Shown: positions 1 to 13,369 of the stretch, in pieces
How positions within the stretch are numbered: the first letter of the stretch is position 1
Layout: every line of letters starts with the position of its first letter
Source of the DNA: Octopus vulgaris
Taxonomy: Eukaryota
Length of the DNA stretch: 64,000 nucleotides
Assembly: GCA_951406725.2 (NCBI GenBank)
Contig: OX597839.1
Span: 6,014,001 to 6,078,000 of the forward strand
Direction: 5' to 3'
Made by a program: the position numbers and the translations under genes
The notes under the pieces: model-generated
What the model was told of the DNA's origin: nothing
Databases searched by the model: none
Seen by the model: the letters and a program-made list of their open reading frames with translations, nothing else

Positions 1-114
1 CCCGAGGGCTGCAGCATGGCCATGACTACTTTAGGGGGTTACCTGCTTAAACCTCAATCAATATATAAATCGCAGGCATAGCTATGTTTTAAGGATCTTA
101 CTTCCCAACTACAT

Positions 115-475
115 GGGAAACAAGTTCCCCGAAGTCCCTGATTGCCTGAGGTGCCACACAGTGGGTTTGGTCCCACAGCATGGCACATCAGGCAAGTGTC
201 TTCAACTAGAGCCTCGGGCTGATCAAAGCCTTGTGACCGGATTTGGTAGATGGAAACTGAAAGAAGCCCCATGTGTGTGGTTCTTTATGTCTGTGTCCCC
301 CCACCAGTGTTTGACAACCGGTGTTGGTGTGTTTACATCCCCCATAACTTAGCTAAACGGAAGAGACCAATAGAATAAGTACCAGGGTTGATTCATTCAA
401 CTGAAAATTCTTCAGGACAGTGCCCCAGCATGGCCACAGTCTAATGACTGAGAGAAGCAAAAGGCAAGAAAGATA
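115..475 (+). mobile_element. Diverged SINE family A
   Basis: ggcaagtgtcttc..., aaagccttgtga..ggatttggtagatggaaactgaaagaagccc, cagcatggccacagtctaatgactga. Confidence 0.7.
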
Positions 476-1001
476 AAACCACCCCACAGCAAAGGAAATA
501 GCTCCAGACATATCAGCTAAGGATGTTTATAACCAAAACACCTTTGATCATAGGTCTATCCAGTAAGAGAAAACCTTGGGCTAAATTACATCACCATCAT
601 CATTACAGCTACTATTATTACCATAACTATCACCCCTACCACCATCACCATCATCATCACTTCTACAAAAATTCTTCAGTTTGTTTTCTTTTAGCTTGTG
701 TTTACATTTCCATTACGATTACTTCGTTAGCGCTACTGCCATAATAGATATCATTGTGCCTGTTAATTAGGTAACTCCCTACTAACATTACAGTCCATGT
801 AAACATACATACATACTGTACATACATATGTACGTGTGCGGAGGGAGGTGACACAGAGAGAGAGAGAGAGAGTTAGTAGATGTGTGTGTGGTTTGTATAT
901 AGATGACTATGTATGTGGTGCACAAGTAATTGTGAATATACATGGTACGTGTAAAGAAAAATATGTGGAGTACTTGGGTGTGAGGGTGAGTATATTGTGC
1001 T

Positions 1002-1733
1002 GTGAGCTGGCAGAACCGTTAGCACACTGGGCGAAATGTATAGTCGTATTTCGTCTAGTCTGCCGTTACGTTCTGAGTTCAAATTCCGCCGAGGTCGACT
1101 TTGCCGTTTATCCTTTTTGGGGTCGATAAATTAAGTACCAGCTATGCACTGGGGTCGATGTAATCGACTTAATCCGTTTGTCTGTCCTTGTTTGTCCTCT
1201 CTGTGTTTAGTCCCTTGTGGGTAGTAAAGAAATAGGTATTTCGTCAGACTCTACGTTCTGAGTTAAAATTCCACCGAGGTCGACTTTGCCTTTCATCCTT
1301 TCGGGGTCGATAAATTAAGTACCAGTTTCGCACTGGGGTCGATGTAATCGACTTAATCCATTTGTCTGTCCTTGTTTCTCCTCTCTGTGTTTAACTCCTT
1401 GTGGGTAGTAAAGAAATAGGTATTTCGTCTGCCGTTACGTTCTGAGTTAAAATTCCACCGAGGTCGACTTTGCCTTTCATCCTTTCGGGGTCGATAAATT
1501 AAGTACCAGTTACGCACTGGGGTTGATGTAATCGACTTAATCCGTTTGTCTGTCCTTGTTTGTCCTCTCTGTGTTTAACCCCTTGTGGGTAGTAAAGAAA
1601 TAGGTAATTCGTCTGCCGTTATGTTCTGAGTTCAAATTCCGCCGAGGTCGACTTTGCCTTTCATCCTTTCGGGGTCGATAAATTAAGTCCCAGTTACGCA
1701 CTGGGGTTGATGTAATCGACTTAATCCATTTGT
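1002..1733 (+). mobile_element. SINE family B tetramer: one full head plus three ~184-bp 3' units
   Basis: Head gagctggcagaaccgttagc, B-box-like gagttcaaattcc and central gcctttcatcctttcggggtcgataaattaagtaccag (Meta/Sauria-type SINE domain, from memory). ttctgag recurs at 1071, 1256, 1440 and 1624. Confidence 0.85.
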
Positions 1734-1734
1734 C

Positions 1735-1882
1735 ACTATATGGCTCAGAAACCTGGACGTTATCAAAGAAGCTTGAGAGGCGGTTGGATGGAACTTACAC
1801 TCGCCTCCTTATGAGAGCTCAGAATCTCTCGCGGAAGCGTCATCCAGCCAAAGTACAAATATATGGGAAATTACCACCCGTC
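1735..1882 (+). mobile_element. RTE-clade LINE fragment, same family as 45365-45940
   Basis: actatatggctcagaaacctggacgttatcaaagaagcttgagaggcggttggatggaacttacactcgcc is nearly identical to 45379-45449. Confidence 0.75.
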
Positions 1883-2265
1883 ATGACATTGTAGGGCCGG
1901 TGTGAAAGGCCGGATCTGGCCAGTATGAACGTAAAACAGGTGGAATATTTGGGTCAGATATGGCCTGTTTAAATGCTAAAGGGTTAAAAATAGACAGAGT
2001 CATGCAATGGAAAACAGGAAGAATTTGAAGAGTAAAAGGTCAGGTTCTAATTAAATTTGCTCAACTGATCCCTCCTCAACCATCCCTGCCCCTTATCACT
2101 CACCTACCCCCTCAATGAATGGGGATACTCATTGTTTACCAATAACTCTTCATATATTCCCCACTACCACCACCACCACATCACCAACTACCCAATCAAC
2201 CAAACACCCATCCACCCAGCCAGCTGATATATTGATTGAAGTGAGTGAGAGAGAGAGAGAGAGAA

Positions 2266-2300
<35 letters not shown>

Positions 2301-2710
2301 GAGAGAGTGAGTGAGAGAGTAAGAGAGAGAGTAAGAGAGAGAGAGTAAGAGTGAGAGAGAGAGACTCTTGCTTTAATCATATGTAATTGATAAAACTACT
2401 GGAAACTCAAGTTAGAAATAGCACACGCACAAGTGTGTATATATGTGTGTGTATATATGTGTGTGTATATGTGTGTGTATATGTGTGTGTATATATGTGT
2501 GTATATATGTGTGTGTATATGTGTGTATATATATGTGTATATATATGTATGTATATATGTGTATGTATATATGTGTGTGTATATGTGTGTGTATATATGT
2601 GTATATATTATATATACACACACACATGCATACATGTACATGAATGTAAATCATATATATGTATGTATATACACACATATATACACATTGTATATGAGTG
2701 TATAAATATG

Positions 2711-2773
<63 letters not shown>

Positions 2774-3455
2774 ATATATATATATGACACAGTTACATAC
2801 ACACATATACATATATACATGTATGTATATATACATACAGTTATTTAATACATATTTAATTATGTAGATATAATTTCAAAAGCCATCCAGCAGTAAGTTT
2901 GTTTATGCCTAAAGTTAATTCTATTAAATCTATTATAGTATAAACTCCATTAAAATCTTGGAATTTCTATTATTCAATCATTCACCTAGCACCCAGCCTT
3001 CTGATTAACATACAAAGGAGAGACAGAGAAAGACAAGGAAGCACAAAGGAAGTGTGGTGGTGGTGGTGGGGGGGACAAATGAACAGAGAAAGGAGCAGTG
3101 GCAGAAGAAGAAGGAGAAGGAGGAGGAAGAGATAAGAGAATGGAGAGAGAGAGATAAAGAAAAAGGAAGAAAGTAACAGAGAACAAGGAGAAGAGATGAA
3201 GTGATAAAAGAGAGTGAAAGAGATAGATAGATAGATAGAGAGAGAGAGGGGTGGGTGGGTGGGGAGGGGGAGAGGGAGTACCCCTGGAAGTTATCCAAGT
3301 TCTCAGTTAAAATTTCAAGAATAGGTCTTTGTACCCTCTAAAATGTCAGTGAGGAAGCAATTGAGAATTTATTTCCTAAGTTTCTCTTTTGTTTGATGCA
3401 TGGATTGGTGCATGCGTATACGGACCGATATGAGTGTGTTATATATTGAATTGAT

Positions 3456-3558
<103 letters not shown>

Positions 3559-3639
3559 TTGTTATGTATGTATGGATCGATTGATTGGTATGTGTCTATG
3601 TAAATATGTATGGATTGTTATGTATGTATGATACAGTTT

Positions 3640-3940
3640 CGCCCAGCCCATACCAGCATGGAATAGGTGATTTTCCTTGACTGGCTTCCATGCCATTGGC
3701 ACGTAAAAAGCACTAACCGATCATAGCCGTTGCCAGCCTCACCTAGCACTTGTGCCGATGGTACGTAAAAAGCACCCACTACACTCACGGAGTGGTTGGC
3801 GTTAGGAAGGGCACCCAGCTGTAGAAACACTGCCAGATCAGACTGGAGCCTGGTGCAGCCTTCTGGCTTCCCAGACCCCGGTCGAACCGTCCAACCCATG
3901 CTATCTTGGAAAACGGACGTTAAACGATGATGATGATGAT
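3640..3940 (+). mobile_element. SINE family C with a (GAT)n tail
   Basis: ggagtggttggcgttaggaagggca.ccagctgtagaaac...ggacgttaaacgatgatgat. Other copies at about 21720-21880(-), 22598-22735(+), 23581-23810(-), 33683-34075(-) and 48370-48735(-). Confidence 0.8.
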
Positions 3941-5782
3941 CAATCGATCGATCTATCTATCTATCTATCTAATGTGTGTACATATGTATCTAGCTTAGAT
4001 ATCTATCTCATTTTATCTATCCACCGAGCTAGACAGTTTTATAAACACCCCAACAAGTGGATCATAGCTAGGTCCTTCCAACTGAGGAGGGATCAATAAA
4101 GCTGAAACATGTCCATTGTTTTCACCATTTATCTTTAAAGTGAAGATCCACTCAAAACTGCAATGCCCAATTTTAATTAGCTGATATTATTGGCAGTATC
4201 CCTCTTGCTAGTTGTATTACCAAAAAAAAATTTTTTTTAATCTAAAGGGAGTTTCCCTCTCCCAATTGCAATGGTAATCTCAGGAAATTTAACATTTCAC
4301 TACTCACATTTTATATATACAGGTTACTCAACCAGACAGATCACAATATTTTAACCCAAAACTATAAGTTAAAGAAGCCATTTCCTCTTGAATTCAAATT
4401 TTTTTTCTTTAAGAAATAAGAATTTTTGCATCAAAACAACCAGTCCCACTTCACCAAACTGCACCGCCCTCTCCTGTTCTGTTCTGTCCTGCCCACCTTG
4501 CTCTTCCCTGCCCCAATAACAGAATTTTTCCATGCAAGAAAAAGACTTGGATGGCATTTGCATGAAAGCAAGGAATCGGTGAAGTATGTAAATTCAAATA
4601 ACCATAATAATAATAGTAATAATAATAATAATAATAATAATGATGAGAATAATTATGATAGTAATGATGATGATGATAATAATAATAATAATAATAATAA
4701 CAACAATAATAATAATTATGATGATGATGATGAATATATAAATAAACTAAACTAAATTTTTTAAAAAGTGCTAAAAAAATAAAAGCAGCTAGAATTTTTA
4801 ATGCCAAATAATGTCTATAGAGATTTTATTTATTTTTTAAAATTCTTTGATTCGTTACTGCTGCTAGTTCTTAATGTCTTGGTCGCACAATGACGGTTAC
4901 AAGAAAGATTACAGAATAGAGGGATCTATGAAATTATAAAAAGCAAGAAACATACACGCATAAGACACATACATGTACGGATACAGTTACACATCTACAT
5001 ACACGTACGGTAGAGGAGCGATAGTTCCACCTTAAATTTCAGAAAGATTTTTACATAGGGACATTTGTTAAGAATAAAAAAAAAACTAAAAAAATAAAAA
5101 GAAAGGGTTCGTGCCTTCTTGATAATCAAAAGGATTGAAGCAAGGAGAAAATATATACATAAAATTAAAGAAAAAAAACCTACCCCTATCTTCCAAATAT
5201 AAACTGCTGGATTCACACCACTACTCACATAAAACATATATACACACACACAAATATATACCTATATACATACATACATGTGTGCATATGCATATATTAA
5301 CATACACACATACATGTGTTAAAACATATATATATATATACATATATATATACATATATACACACATATATACACACATATATATATACATATATACACA
5401 CATATATATATACATACATATATACACACATATATATATATACATATATACATATACATACATATATATATACATATATATAGTATGAAATTGTCATTGA
5501 CATAGATATACACTTACGCAAAATAATGCTTAACAACCCCTCAAACAGAATACAAATGTAAAACATCAGAATACACTCATATATATACACAAACACAAAC
5601 TGACATACATGGCAGAATCAATCGGAATACAGTGGAAGTAAAGAAATAAAGTGTTGCCTTGACAACAACCTACAAAATATTTTCACAATTTTTTTTTCTT
5701 TATTTTTCTCAAACAACATAACATATACATACACCTGCACAGACATGTGTATATGTGCATGTGTATATACATAATGCATACG

Positions 5783-5860
<78 letters not shown>

Positions 5861-6303
5861 AGAGAAACATTTGACATTTTATGCAAAGAAATTAATATAA
5901 GTGGTTGTGTGCGTATGAATATATACACACATGTGTATGTATAAATATATATATACACATACACAAATGTTTATGTGTGTACGTGCATATATATATATAT
6001 ATATATACAAATATATATATATGTATATATACACACACACACACATATATATACATATATCAGCACATACAAAATAGCAATCCAAAGGCATTGGTGGTTG
6101 TTTACAACAGCAAAAATTATACTCTTAAATTCTGCGAGTCTGGATATTTTTGTATCCTGTATGGTGTTGAGGAATGTAAAATTCCTGGATTCAACTCTGA
6201 GAAAAAGAATTTTTCAAAGGTTTAAAAAAATGTCCCTTTTTCTCTCAGATTAAGGGCCAATCTTGAAAATATCAGATTCCTTCTCTGTCCATGATTTGTA
6301 GAC

Positions 6304-6532
6304 TTAACCCTTTCGTTACCAATCCGGCTGAAACCGGCTCTGGTTCTGAGTACAAATGTCTTGTTTTTATAAGTTTTGAATTAAAATCTTCCACCAAACC
6401 TTAGTCACAATTTATGTTCCTAACACTAGTTGAATGATAACTAAGTTATTTTACTAAATTCTTTGTTATTTTTAAAATTAATTGAAAGAAACACAAAACA
6501 TCTCAACAGAAATACTGTAATGAAAGGGTTAA
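6304..6532. mobile_element. piggyBac-like MITE (TTAA-CCCTTTCGTTAC...GTAAtGAAAGGG-TTAA)
   Basis: Terminal inverted repeats beginning CCC with TTAA on both sides. Confidence 0.85.
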
Positions 6533-6754
6533 ACGAAGTCATGAACTTTGCCATAAAAACATATGTATTCACATGCATATGTATGTAGATATATTATCAT
6601 ATGTAGATATGTGATAACATAGAGTGATAACAATGCTAAAGCAAAAATGCTATTTTTTTTTCATGAATCTGTGGAATATATAGTCAATTAGTATATAAAA
6701 ATTAAAAAGTAAAAGAGTCAAAAGAAAGAATAAGTATAGTTAGGCAGCTTTTTA

Positions 6755-7097
6755 ATCGCTACAAATGTTTCGATACATACAGATCCTCGTATACACAGGA
6801 TTTAACCCTTTCGTTACCAATCCGGCTGAAACCGGCTCTGGTTCTGAGTACAAATGTCTTGTTTTCATAAGTCTTGTATTAAAATATTCCATCAAACCTT
6901 TAGTCACAATTTATGTTCCTAACACTAGTTGAATGATAACTAAGTTATTTTACTAAATTCTTTGTTATATTTAAAATTAATTGAAAGAAACACAGAGCAT
7001 CTCAAAATAAATACAGTAACGAAAGGGTTAAAGTTTAGATTAAATTATTTAACGATTTACCTGTATAAGAAGACATATATGTGTCTCCTCAGGTGAT
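6755..7097 (-). ncRNA. Hammerhead-like motif with long stem II, interrupted by a TTAA MITE
   Basis: ATCAC-CTGAGGA(7092-7086)-GACACATATATGTCTTCTTATACAGG...[MITE 6802-7031]...CCTGTGTATACGAGGATCTGTATGTATC-GAAAC attt GTA-GCGAT. Stem I ATCAC/GCGAT has one mismatch; stem II arms pair imperfectly over about 25 nt. Confidence 0.55.
6802..7031. mobile_element. Second copy of the same piggyBac-like MITE
   Basis: Near-identical to 6304-6532, same orientation, with its own TTAA ends and different flanks. Confidence 0.85.
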
Positions 7098-7647
7098 ACT
7101 CAGTTGCTGTCTCTCCGCAAGCAAAATTTAGATTTCCGTGCTGCAACACCCATAGCTTTTTACTTTTTACTTTTGACTTTTTATTTTCACACACGAGGAA
7201 TAGGTAAGACTAGAATTGGTAGCATACCATAAGAATACCACCAGTTCTTTGGGAATTCTAAGGGTGAACGAGTTCTATTTGTACTCTTATACATTCTTAA
7301 CAGAACACACCTCAATTGTCAATTAGTGTATATATATATACATATACATATAATAATAAGGGTTTTTTTGCAACAAGTTGCTTAAACCACATACTGAAAA
7401 TTTTAGAAATAGCAGCCAAAAGACTACTATTTCCTTTTACTACAAAAATAAGTCTCCACAGACAACAATATTTGTAACTCACATATGGCAAAAAAAGAAG
7501 AAAAATAATGAAATCACACAGTCTTCGGTTAATTATGGGTTATACATATGTATATATATATATATATATATAAACGCTATATGTATATACACACAGGTAT
7601 AGACATACAAATATATACACATATATAAAATGCAAAAAATATATTAC

Positions 7648-7715
7648 CTTCTCCTTGAGTATATTGAAGAGTATCACATTCGCTAACTGTTTTTTCGTTG
7701 CAATTATTACGATTT
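7648..7715 (-). CDS. Eph: Eph receptor exon: juxtamembrane region
   Basis: Acceptor ctttctacag| and donor AG|gtaata; 68 nt, phase 2 in, phase 1 out. Translates (R)NRNNCNEKTVSECDTLQYTQGE, resembling the C.xK..SxCDTLxY..GE motif I recall from protostome Eph receptors. Confidence 0.88.
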
Positions 7716-7879
7716 CTGTAGAAAGAAAACGGATAAGAAAAAAAGACACTTTAACATCATCATAACTTCTGGAATGGAAGATATTCATAAATTAGGAGGA
7801 GAAGGTCATGGAAAGATTCTGTATTATATTCCCATCATAGGTAGTATTTTACACTGTTGTTGTTGTACTTAAAATTATT

Positions 7880-8225
7880 AACCATCTTACAAACAATAAC
7901 TCTGAGCACCTTTTCAAACTCCACCTGTCTTAACACCCGTGGACATGTTTACAAAGTTAGTAAACAGCACAGCCCCCATGACTTTCGGAAACATTTTTTT
8001 CAAGCTGAGAGTTGCAGAAGCATGGAACAAACTGCCGGCATCAGTTGTTAGTTGTCGGAGCACTGCATCCTTCAAAACTTCCATGCTTTCTGAGATTTGC
8101 CAACACTACACCTGATTTTCTCCCCTCCATACACACACAAGCAAGTATCTGACTCATACATTGTTCGCTTTCCGGACATTTGTACATTACTGCATATATT
8201 TTATACGCACTTTCTGACAATAATT
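7880..8225 (+). mobile_element. Degenerate CR1-like LINE 3' fragment
   Basis: NTRGHVYKVSKQHSPHDFRKHFF, frameshift, then RVAEAWNKLPASVVSCRSTASFKTSM; followed by (TTA)n. Confidence 0.75.
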
Positions 8226-8498
8226 TCATTATTATTATTATTATTATTTAATTCATCTCATCTCTTAGGGCAGCTATGTACCTTATAACCACAGGATTTT
8301 CTCTCGGTAAATATCACAGTATTGGTGTGGTCTAACACAGCACCCAAGTGGTGAATATTTTACCTTTTGATATTAAGATGCTCTACACTAAGATCGAAAA
8401 CAGGATCTGGTGGTTACAAAGTGAATGAGATAACCATTCAGCTCTGCCGCATCCAGTCTGGCAGTATTTCTGCATACACACACATGCCTGCGTGCGTG

Positions 8499-8899
8499 TA
8501 CTCTTTTACTTGTTTCAGTCATTTGACTGTGGCCATGCTGGAGCACCGCCTTTAGTCGAAGAAATCGACCCCAGGACGTATTCTTTGTAAGCCTAGTACT
8601 TATTCTGTCCGTCTCTTTTGCCGGATCGCTAAATTACAGGCACGTAAACACACCAGCATCGGTTGTCAAGTCATGTTGGGGAGACAAACACAGACACACA
8701 AACATATACACACACATGCATACATACATATATATATGACGGGCTTCTTTCAGTTTCCGTCTACCAAATCCACTCATAAGGCTTTGGTTGACACGAGGCT
8801 ATAGTAGAAGACACTTGCCCAAGGTGCCACGTAGTGGGACTGAACCCAGAACCATGTGGTTCATAAGCAAGCTACTTATCACACAGTCACTCCTACGCC
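8499..8899 (-). mobile_element. SINE family A, full length
   Basis: Reverse complement of the 62534-62951 element from tail to head. Confidence 0.85.
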
Positions 8900-8934
8900 T
8901 GTGTACATATATTTATTTATTTAGTTTCTGTATG

Positions 8935-9130
8935 CAGTGACCATCTAATTGAGACACATTTATTCTTTTCTCTCTCCACTCTTTTTCTATCATTGTTTAT
9001 TTTTTCTGAAAAAGAGCTGATGCTCAAAATATAAAAGACATTCCTTGCTATTTTTTCCTGAGTGTAAACTTAACACACTTTGTTTTTTGTACTTCATCCT
9101 CACATATTTTTCTTTTTTATTCTAGCAACA
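8935..9130 (+). mobile_element. Degenerate copy of the PLE-like hammerhead repeat
   Basis: tttt-CTGAAAA-AGAGC tgat GCTC-AAAATATA-AAAG at 9002-9037, then ttcctgagtgtaaact as in the family; the core is mutated. Confidence 0.4.
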
Positions 9131-9340
9131 TATGTATTGTAGGTACATGTTGAGTAATGACAATGGTAGTAGTCATGGTTGTGATTATGATGGTAACGGT
9201 GAGGAAACGGATGAAGGAGGTTATGGTTGTAGTGATGGTGGTGCTGCTGCTGAAAAAAATTATGAAGTCAGAGATGATGATGATAATGATAATAATGGTG
9301 GTGGTGGTGATGCTGAAGAGAGAAATATTCCTTGACTTAC

Positions 9341-9452
9341 CTTCTCAAAAGAATGATGATCATTATTATAGCTATAGCCATACAGAGAATGACGGCGACA
9401 ATGGAACCTGCTATAATCCCAATTGGAGCATTGTTGTAGGGAGGTCGTCGCA
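9341..9452 (-). CDS. Eph: Eph receptor exon: transmembrane helix
   Basis: Acceptor ctcttgtgtag| and donor AG|gtaagt; 112 nt, phase 1 in, phase 2 out. Translates MRRPPYNNAPIGIIAGSIVAVILCMAIAIIMIIILLR(R): a hydrophobic span of about 25 aa with GxxxG, then a basic stop-transfer. Confidence 0.92.
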
Positions 9453-9841
9453 CTACACAAGAGAACAGAGGAGAAATATACAATACAAATCAATAATATC
9501 TACGTACATACATACATATATATAAGCAACACACATACAACTTAAGAGAGGAACTCACAAGCACACACACACACACACATATGTGTGTAAATATAAGGAC
9601 ATATTCAAATAACCATTGTACAATTGTTTTCAGTTTGAGTTCCTTATACGTCAATTGTTTGTCTTAAAACACACTGATACATCTTCTAACAATATACATA
9701 TGTGTATGGATTCATAACCATTTGCACTAATATATATATATGTATATTTATATGTGTATATATATGTGTGTGTAATAAATATGTATATTTATATGTATAT
9801 ATATATATATGTGTGTGTGTGTGTATCTATGTATCTATATG

Positions 9842-10145
9842 TGGAGGCACAATGGCCCAGTGGTTAAGGCAGCGGACTCATAGTCGGAGGATTGTGGTTT
9901 CGATTCCCAGGCCAGGTGTTGTGTGTGTTTATTGAGTGAAATCACCTAAAAGCTCCATGAGGCTCCGGCAGGGGGTGGTGGCGACCCCTGTTGTACTCTT
10001 TCGCCACAACTTTCTCTCACTCTCTCTTCCTGCTTCTTGAGTAATGCTGTGATGGACTGGTGTCCCGTCCAGCTGGGGGGAAATACATATGCCACAGAAA
10101 CCGGGAAATCGGGCACATGAGCCTGGCTAGGCTTGAAAAGGGCGA
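9842..10145 (+). mobile_element. tRNA-derived SINE family F
   Basis: tggaggcacaatggcccagtggttaaggcagcggac (A box) and ggtttcgattccc (B box); a second copy lies at 50412-50580(-). Confidence 0.75.
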
Positions 10146-10450
10146 TGTTTATCATTATGTATCTATATACATATGTACATACATACCAATACAGCTTGGC
10201 ACCAGAGACGTCGCAACTCATTTCTACAGCTGAGTGAATTGGAACAATGTGAAATAAAGTGTCTTGCTCAAGAACACAACCCACAGGCCAGCCTGGGAAT
10301 TGAACTCAGTACCTCATGATTGAGAGCTCAGCACTTTAACCACTGAGCCATGAGCTTTCAGGTCTTAGGAATGCTGACATTCCAGAAGCCTGAAGGAGTT
10401 GGGCTTTCCTGTTAGGGGCCTGTGAAATTTGATGTAGCACAGAGCCAAAT

Positions 10451-10679
10451 AAAACCCTTTGGTGTTTAAGCCGGCCTTATCCGGCCCAAATATCCTACAT
10501 GTTTTACATTCAAACTGGCCATATCTAGCCCCTCACACCTAACCTACATTGACATTCTAAGAATAAACTATCACACCATTGAAACTACAAAACTGTAAGA
10601 TAATGTATGATTAATTCAAAACAATTCAATTGATAAAAGTATTACATTTAACAGAGTAATCTGAACACTAAAGGGTTAA
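10451..10679. mobile_element. Second TTAA-type MITE family (CCCTTTAG...CTAAAGGG)
   Basis: Ends aaccctttggtg...cactaaagggttaa; related copies at 41217-41444, and partial ones at about 1883-1987, 33500-33685 and 63668-63735. Confidence 0.7.
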
Positions 10680-10850
10680 ATAATACAGGTAACCCCTACT
10701 AAATGTGTTGAGTGCCCTTCTCTTTTGTTTGTCCACTCACTTGTACATATGTATAAATGTTGTGAGCCCGATGCTCTAATCAATGAGCCATGTACCTTCA
10801 CAGAAAACCATGAATCTGTGTATACAGAAGATGCAAACTAAAGCCAATAA

Positions 10851-11670
10851 GGCAGCGAGCTGGCAGAAACATTAGCATGCTAGGCGAAATGCTTAGTGGT
10901 ATTTCGTCAAATTCCTCTGAGGTTGACTTTGCCTTTCATCCTATCGGGGTCCATAAATTAAGTACCCATTTCTTTACTACCCACAAAGGGCTAAACACAG
11001 AGAATACAAACAAGGACAGACAAACGGATTAAGCCGATTATATCGACCCCAGTGCGTAACTGGTACTTAATTTATCGATCCCGAAAGGATGAAAGGCAAA
11101 GTCGACCTCGGTGGAATTTGAACTCAGAACGTAGTGGCAGACAAAATACTGCTAAGCATTTCGCCCGGCGCGCTAACGTTTCTGCCAGCTCGCCGCCATA
11201 AATTAAGTACCAGTTATGCACTGGAGTCGATGTAATCAACTTAATACCTATGTCTGTCCAAAAACGACGATGCCGTGCTGATCTCATCCTCACTCACAAC
11301 ATCATAAGCGGAAAGTGTAACCTCTCGAAAGAGCTGTTCTTCACTCCTGCTCCAGAGCGTCGGCTGCGGGGTCACTCCGAAAAGCTCTATCTGCGACGAT
11401 TTCATCTCAATCGAAGGAGAGGAGCTTTCTCCGTCCGGGTTGCGGATCCGTGGAATAAGCTGCCGGACGAGATAGTAAAGATGCCGACGACCCCTTGGTT
11501 CAAAGTCTCTCTTGACCAGAAATGGTCTGAACTCTTTGCATGAACACCCTCCATTTACATAACTCCATGTCCCCCTACATGGCCTTGCTTTTCGAGCCAA
11601 AAAATTAACTAAACTTAATTTAACTTAACTATGTTTGTCCCCTCTATGTTTAGCCCCTTGTGGGCAATAA
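10851..11670. mobile_element. Nested cluster: SINE B (+) interrupted by SINE B (-, 10967-11197) and by a CR1 fragment
   Basis: Direct repeat ataaattaagtacc at 10953-10966 and 11198-11211 flanks the antisense copy; the host SINE resumes at 11212 and again at about 11630. Confidence 0.8.
11255..11628 (+). mobile_element. CR1-clade LINE 3' end (ORF2 C-terminus, 3'UTR, TAAC-like tail)
   Basis: RRCRADLILTHNII...RLRGHSEKL...RRGAFSVRVADPWNKLPDEIV....FKVSLD* is the typical CR1 RT C-terminal motif (RxDLI..K, RGH..KL, FSxRV...WNxLP, FK..LD). Confidence 0.85.
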
Positions 11671-11748
11671 CAAACTAAAAGCGGTAGAACAGTAGAAAAT
11701 GATTTTGAAAATTAAAGATGAAAAAATTCAAAAAATGAATTAACTTAC

Positions 11749-11821
11749 TTGTGAATGTATGTGTTGATACAGTATAGAGGTCACTGAAATGACCCCAACC
11801 TTTCTCACTCTTGCCACGCAC
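11749..11821 (-). CDS. Eph: Eph receptor exon: end of second FN3 domain
   Basis: Acceptor cttcttcttcag| and donor |gtaagt; 73 nt, phase 0 in, phase 1 out. Translates VRGKSEKGWGHFSDLYTVSTHTFT, continuing YSFQ|VR as in the Eph FQVRARTxAGYGxFS motif. Confidence 0.92.
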
Positions 11822-12024
11822 CTGAAGAAGAAGAAAAGAAAAAAATAATTAGATTAATCATATTCGTTTCACATTTCGACACAAAGCTAGTAATTTCAGG
11901 GAAGGGATAAGTCAATTACATCAGCCTCCCACAGTATTCAACGGGTACTTATTTTATTGACCCTCAGAGGAAGGATGCATATGCATACATGTGCTACAGA
12001 TATGCACATGGCATGTAAGTGTAC

Positions 12025-12432
12025 ACTCTTTACTCTTTTTACTTGTTTCAGTCATTTGACTGCGGCCATGCTGGAGCACCGCTTTTAGTCGAGCAACTTG
12101 ACCCCGGGACTTATTTTTTGTAAGCCTAGTACTTATTCTATCAGTCTCTTTTGCCGAACTGCTAAATGACAGGGACATAAACACACCAGCATCGGTTGTC
12201 AAGCAATGCTAGGGGGACAAACACAGACAGACAAACACACACGCACACATATATATATATACATATATGCGACGGACTTCTTTCAGTTTCCGTCTACCAA
12301 ATCCACTCACAAGGCTTTGGTCGACTTGAGGCTATAGTAGAAGACACTTGCCCAAGGTGGCACGCAGTGGGACTGAACCCAGAACCATGTGGTTGGTAAG
12401 CAAGCTACTTACCACACAGCCACTCCTGCACC
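12025..12432 (-). mobile_element. SINE family A, full length
   Basis: Same sequence as the other family A copies. Confidence 0.85.
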
Positions 12433-12808
12433 TATGTGTATGTATATGTTTGTTTGTCTGTGTTAGTGTGTGTCTGTGCTTGTGTGTGTCTGTGTTTGTG
12501 TGTGTCTTCTCAAACAGCAAATTGCCACAACTTGAGATTTGCTGTACTTGAGAAGACGCGCCAAAGACTGAGCAAGCAATTTTGCATTGAAACAGATAAA
12601 TTTGTGATTACATATTTATCACAAGGTCTGTTATATCTGTGTGTGTGTATATATATATATATGTGTGTGTTTGTGTGCATGTATGTATATGTGTGTCTAG
12701 GAGAATGTTTATGTATTTCTCCATCGTCTAAGACAACAGAAGGAAACAGAAGAAAGAAGAGGGGAAAGAAAAACGATAGAAAATATAGACAGAGAGAGTG
12801 GCAGAGAA

Positions 12809-12847
<39 letters not shown>

Positions 12848-13369
12848 AATAAACAGACAGTAATGAGGTGTAGGTTAAGATGCAGAGTGGGGAGGAGGGA
12901 TGCCAGAGAAATATGTTTTAAAAACAAAACATAAAAACATCCCCCAATAACAACAGCAAAAAAATAGGGGAAAAAAAAGGGGACAAGAAGCATTAAATAG
13001 AGAATGTGTAGTCATCGTTATCTATGTATTTGTTCGTTTATTTATGTGTTGGGGTACGTGGGAGTGAGTTGAGCTGTAATATGTGGTGGTGGTGGTGGTG
13101 GTGGTCGTGGTCGTGGTTGGGGAGGAAATGGTGAACAGGGGAGATAATGGTGTTGAGTGAATGACAACAGCAAGAAAAAAAAAGGGAAAATAAATTTAAT
13201 AAGAAAATATTTAATAAAGAAATAAGTAATAAAGTTAGAAAAGAAGAAAAAAAAGCGATGTTAGAAGGAATTTGATTATAATTTGTGTATCTAAATTGTA
13301 AAATAGGGCTTCAGGTTTAAAGGAATTTCTTACACATGCACACATGGAATAAACATCCACATTTACATA

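Noticed and set aside
3312-3337. GTKTY peptide resembling the Eph GxKTYIDP motif
   Set aside because: That frame stops two codons later (TKTYS*), with no DPxTYEDP.
4076-4120. CTGAGGA...GAAACATGTC hammerhead-like motif
   Set aside because: Stems I and II do not pair in register; at best a decayed remnant.
9842-9915. tRNA-like sequences (also about 49670-49742 and 50505-50580)
   Set aside because: They continue into repeated SINE bodies; these are SINE heads, not tRNA genes.
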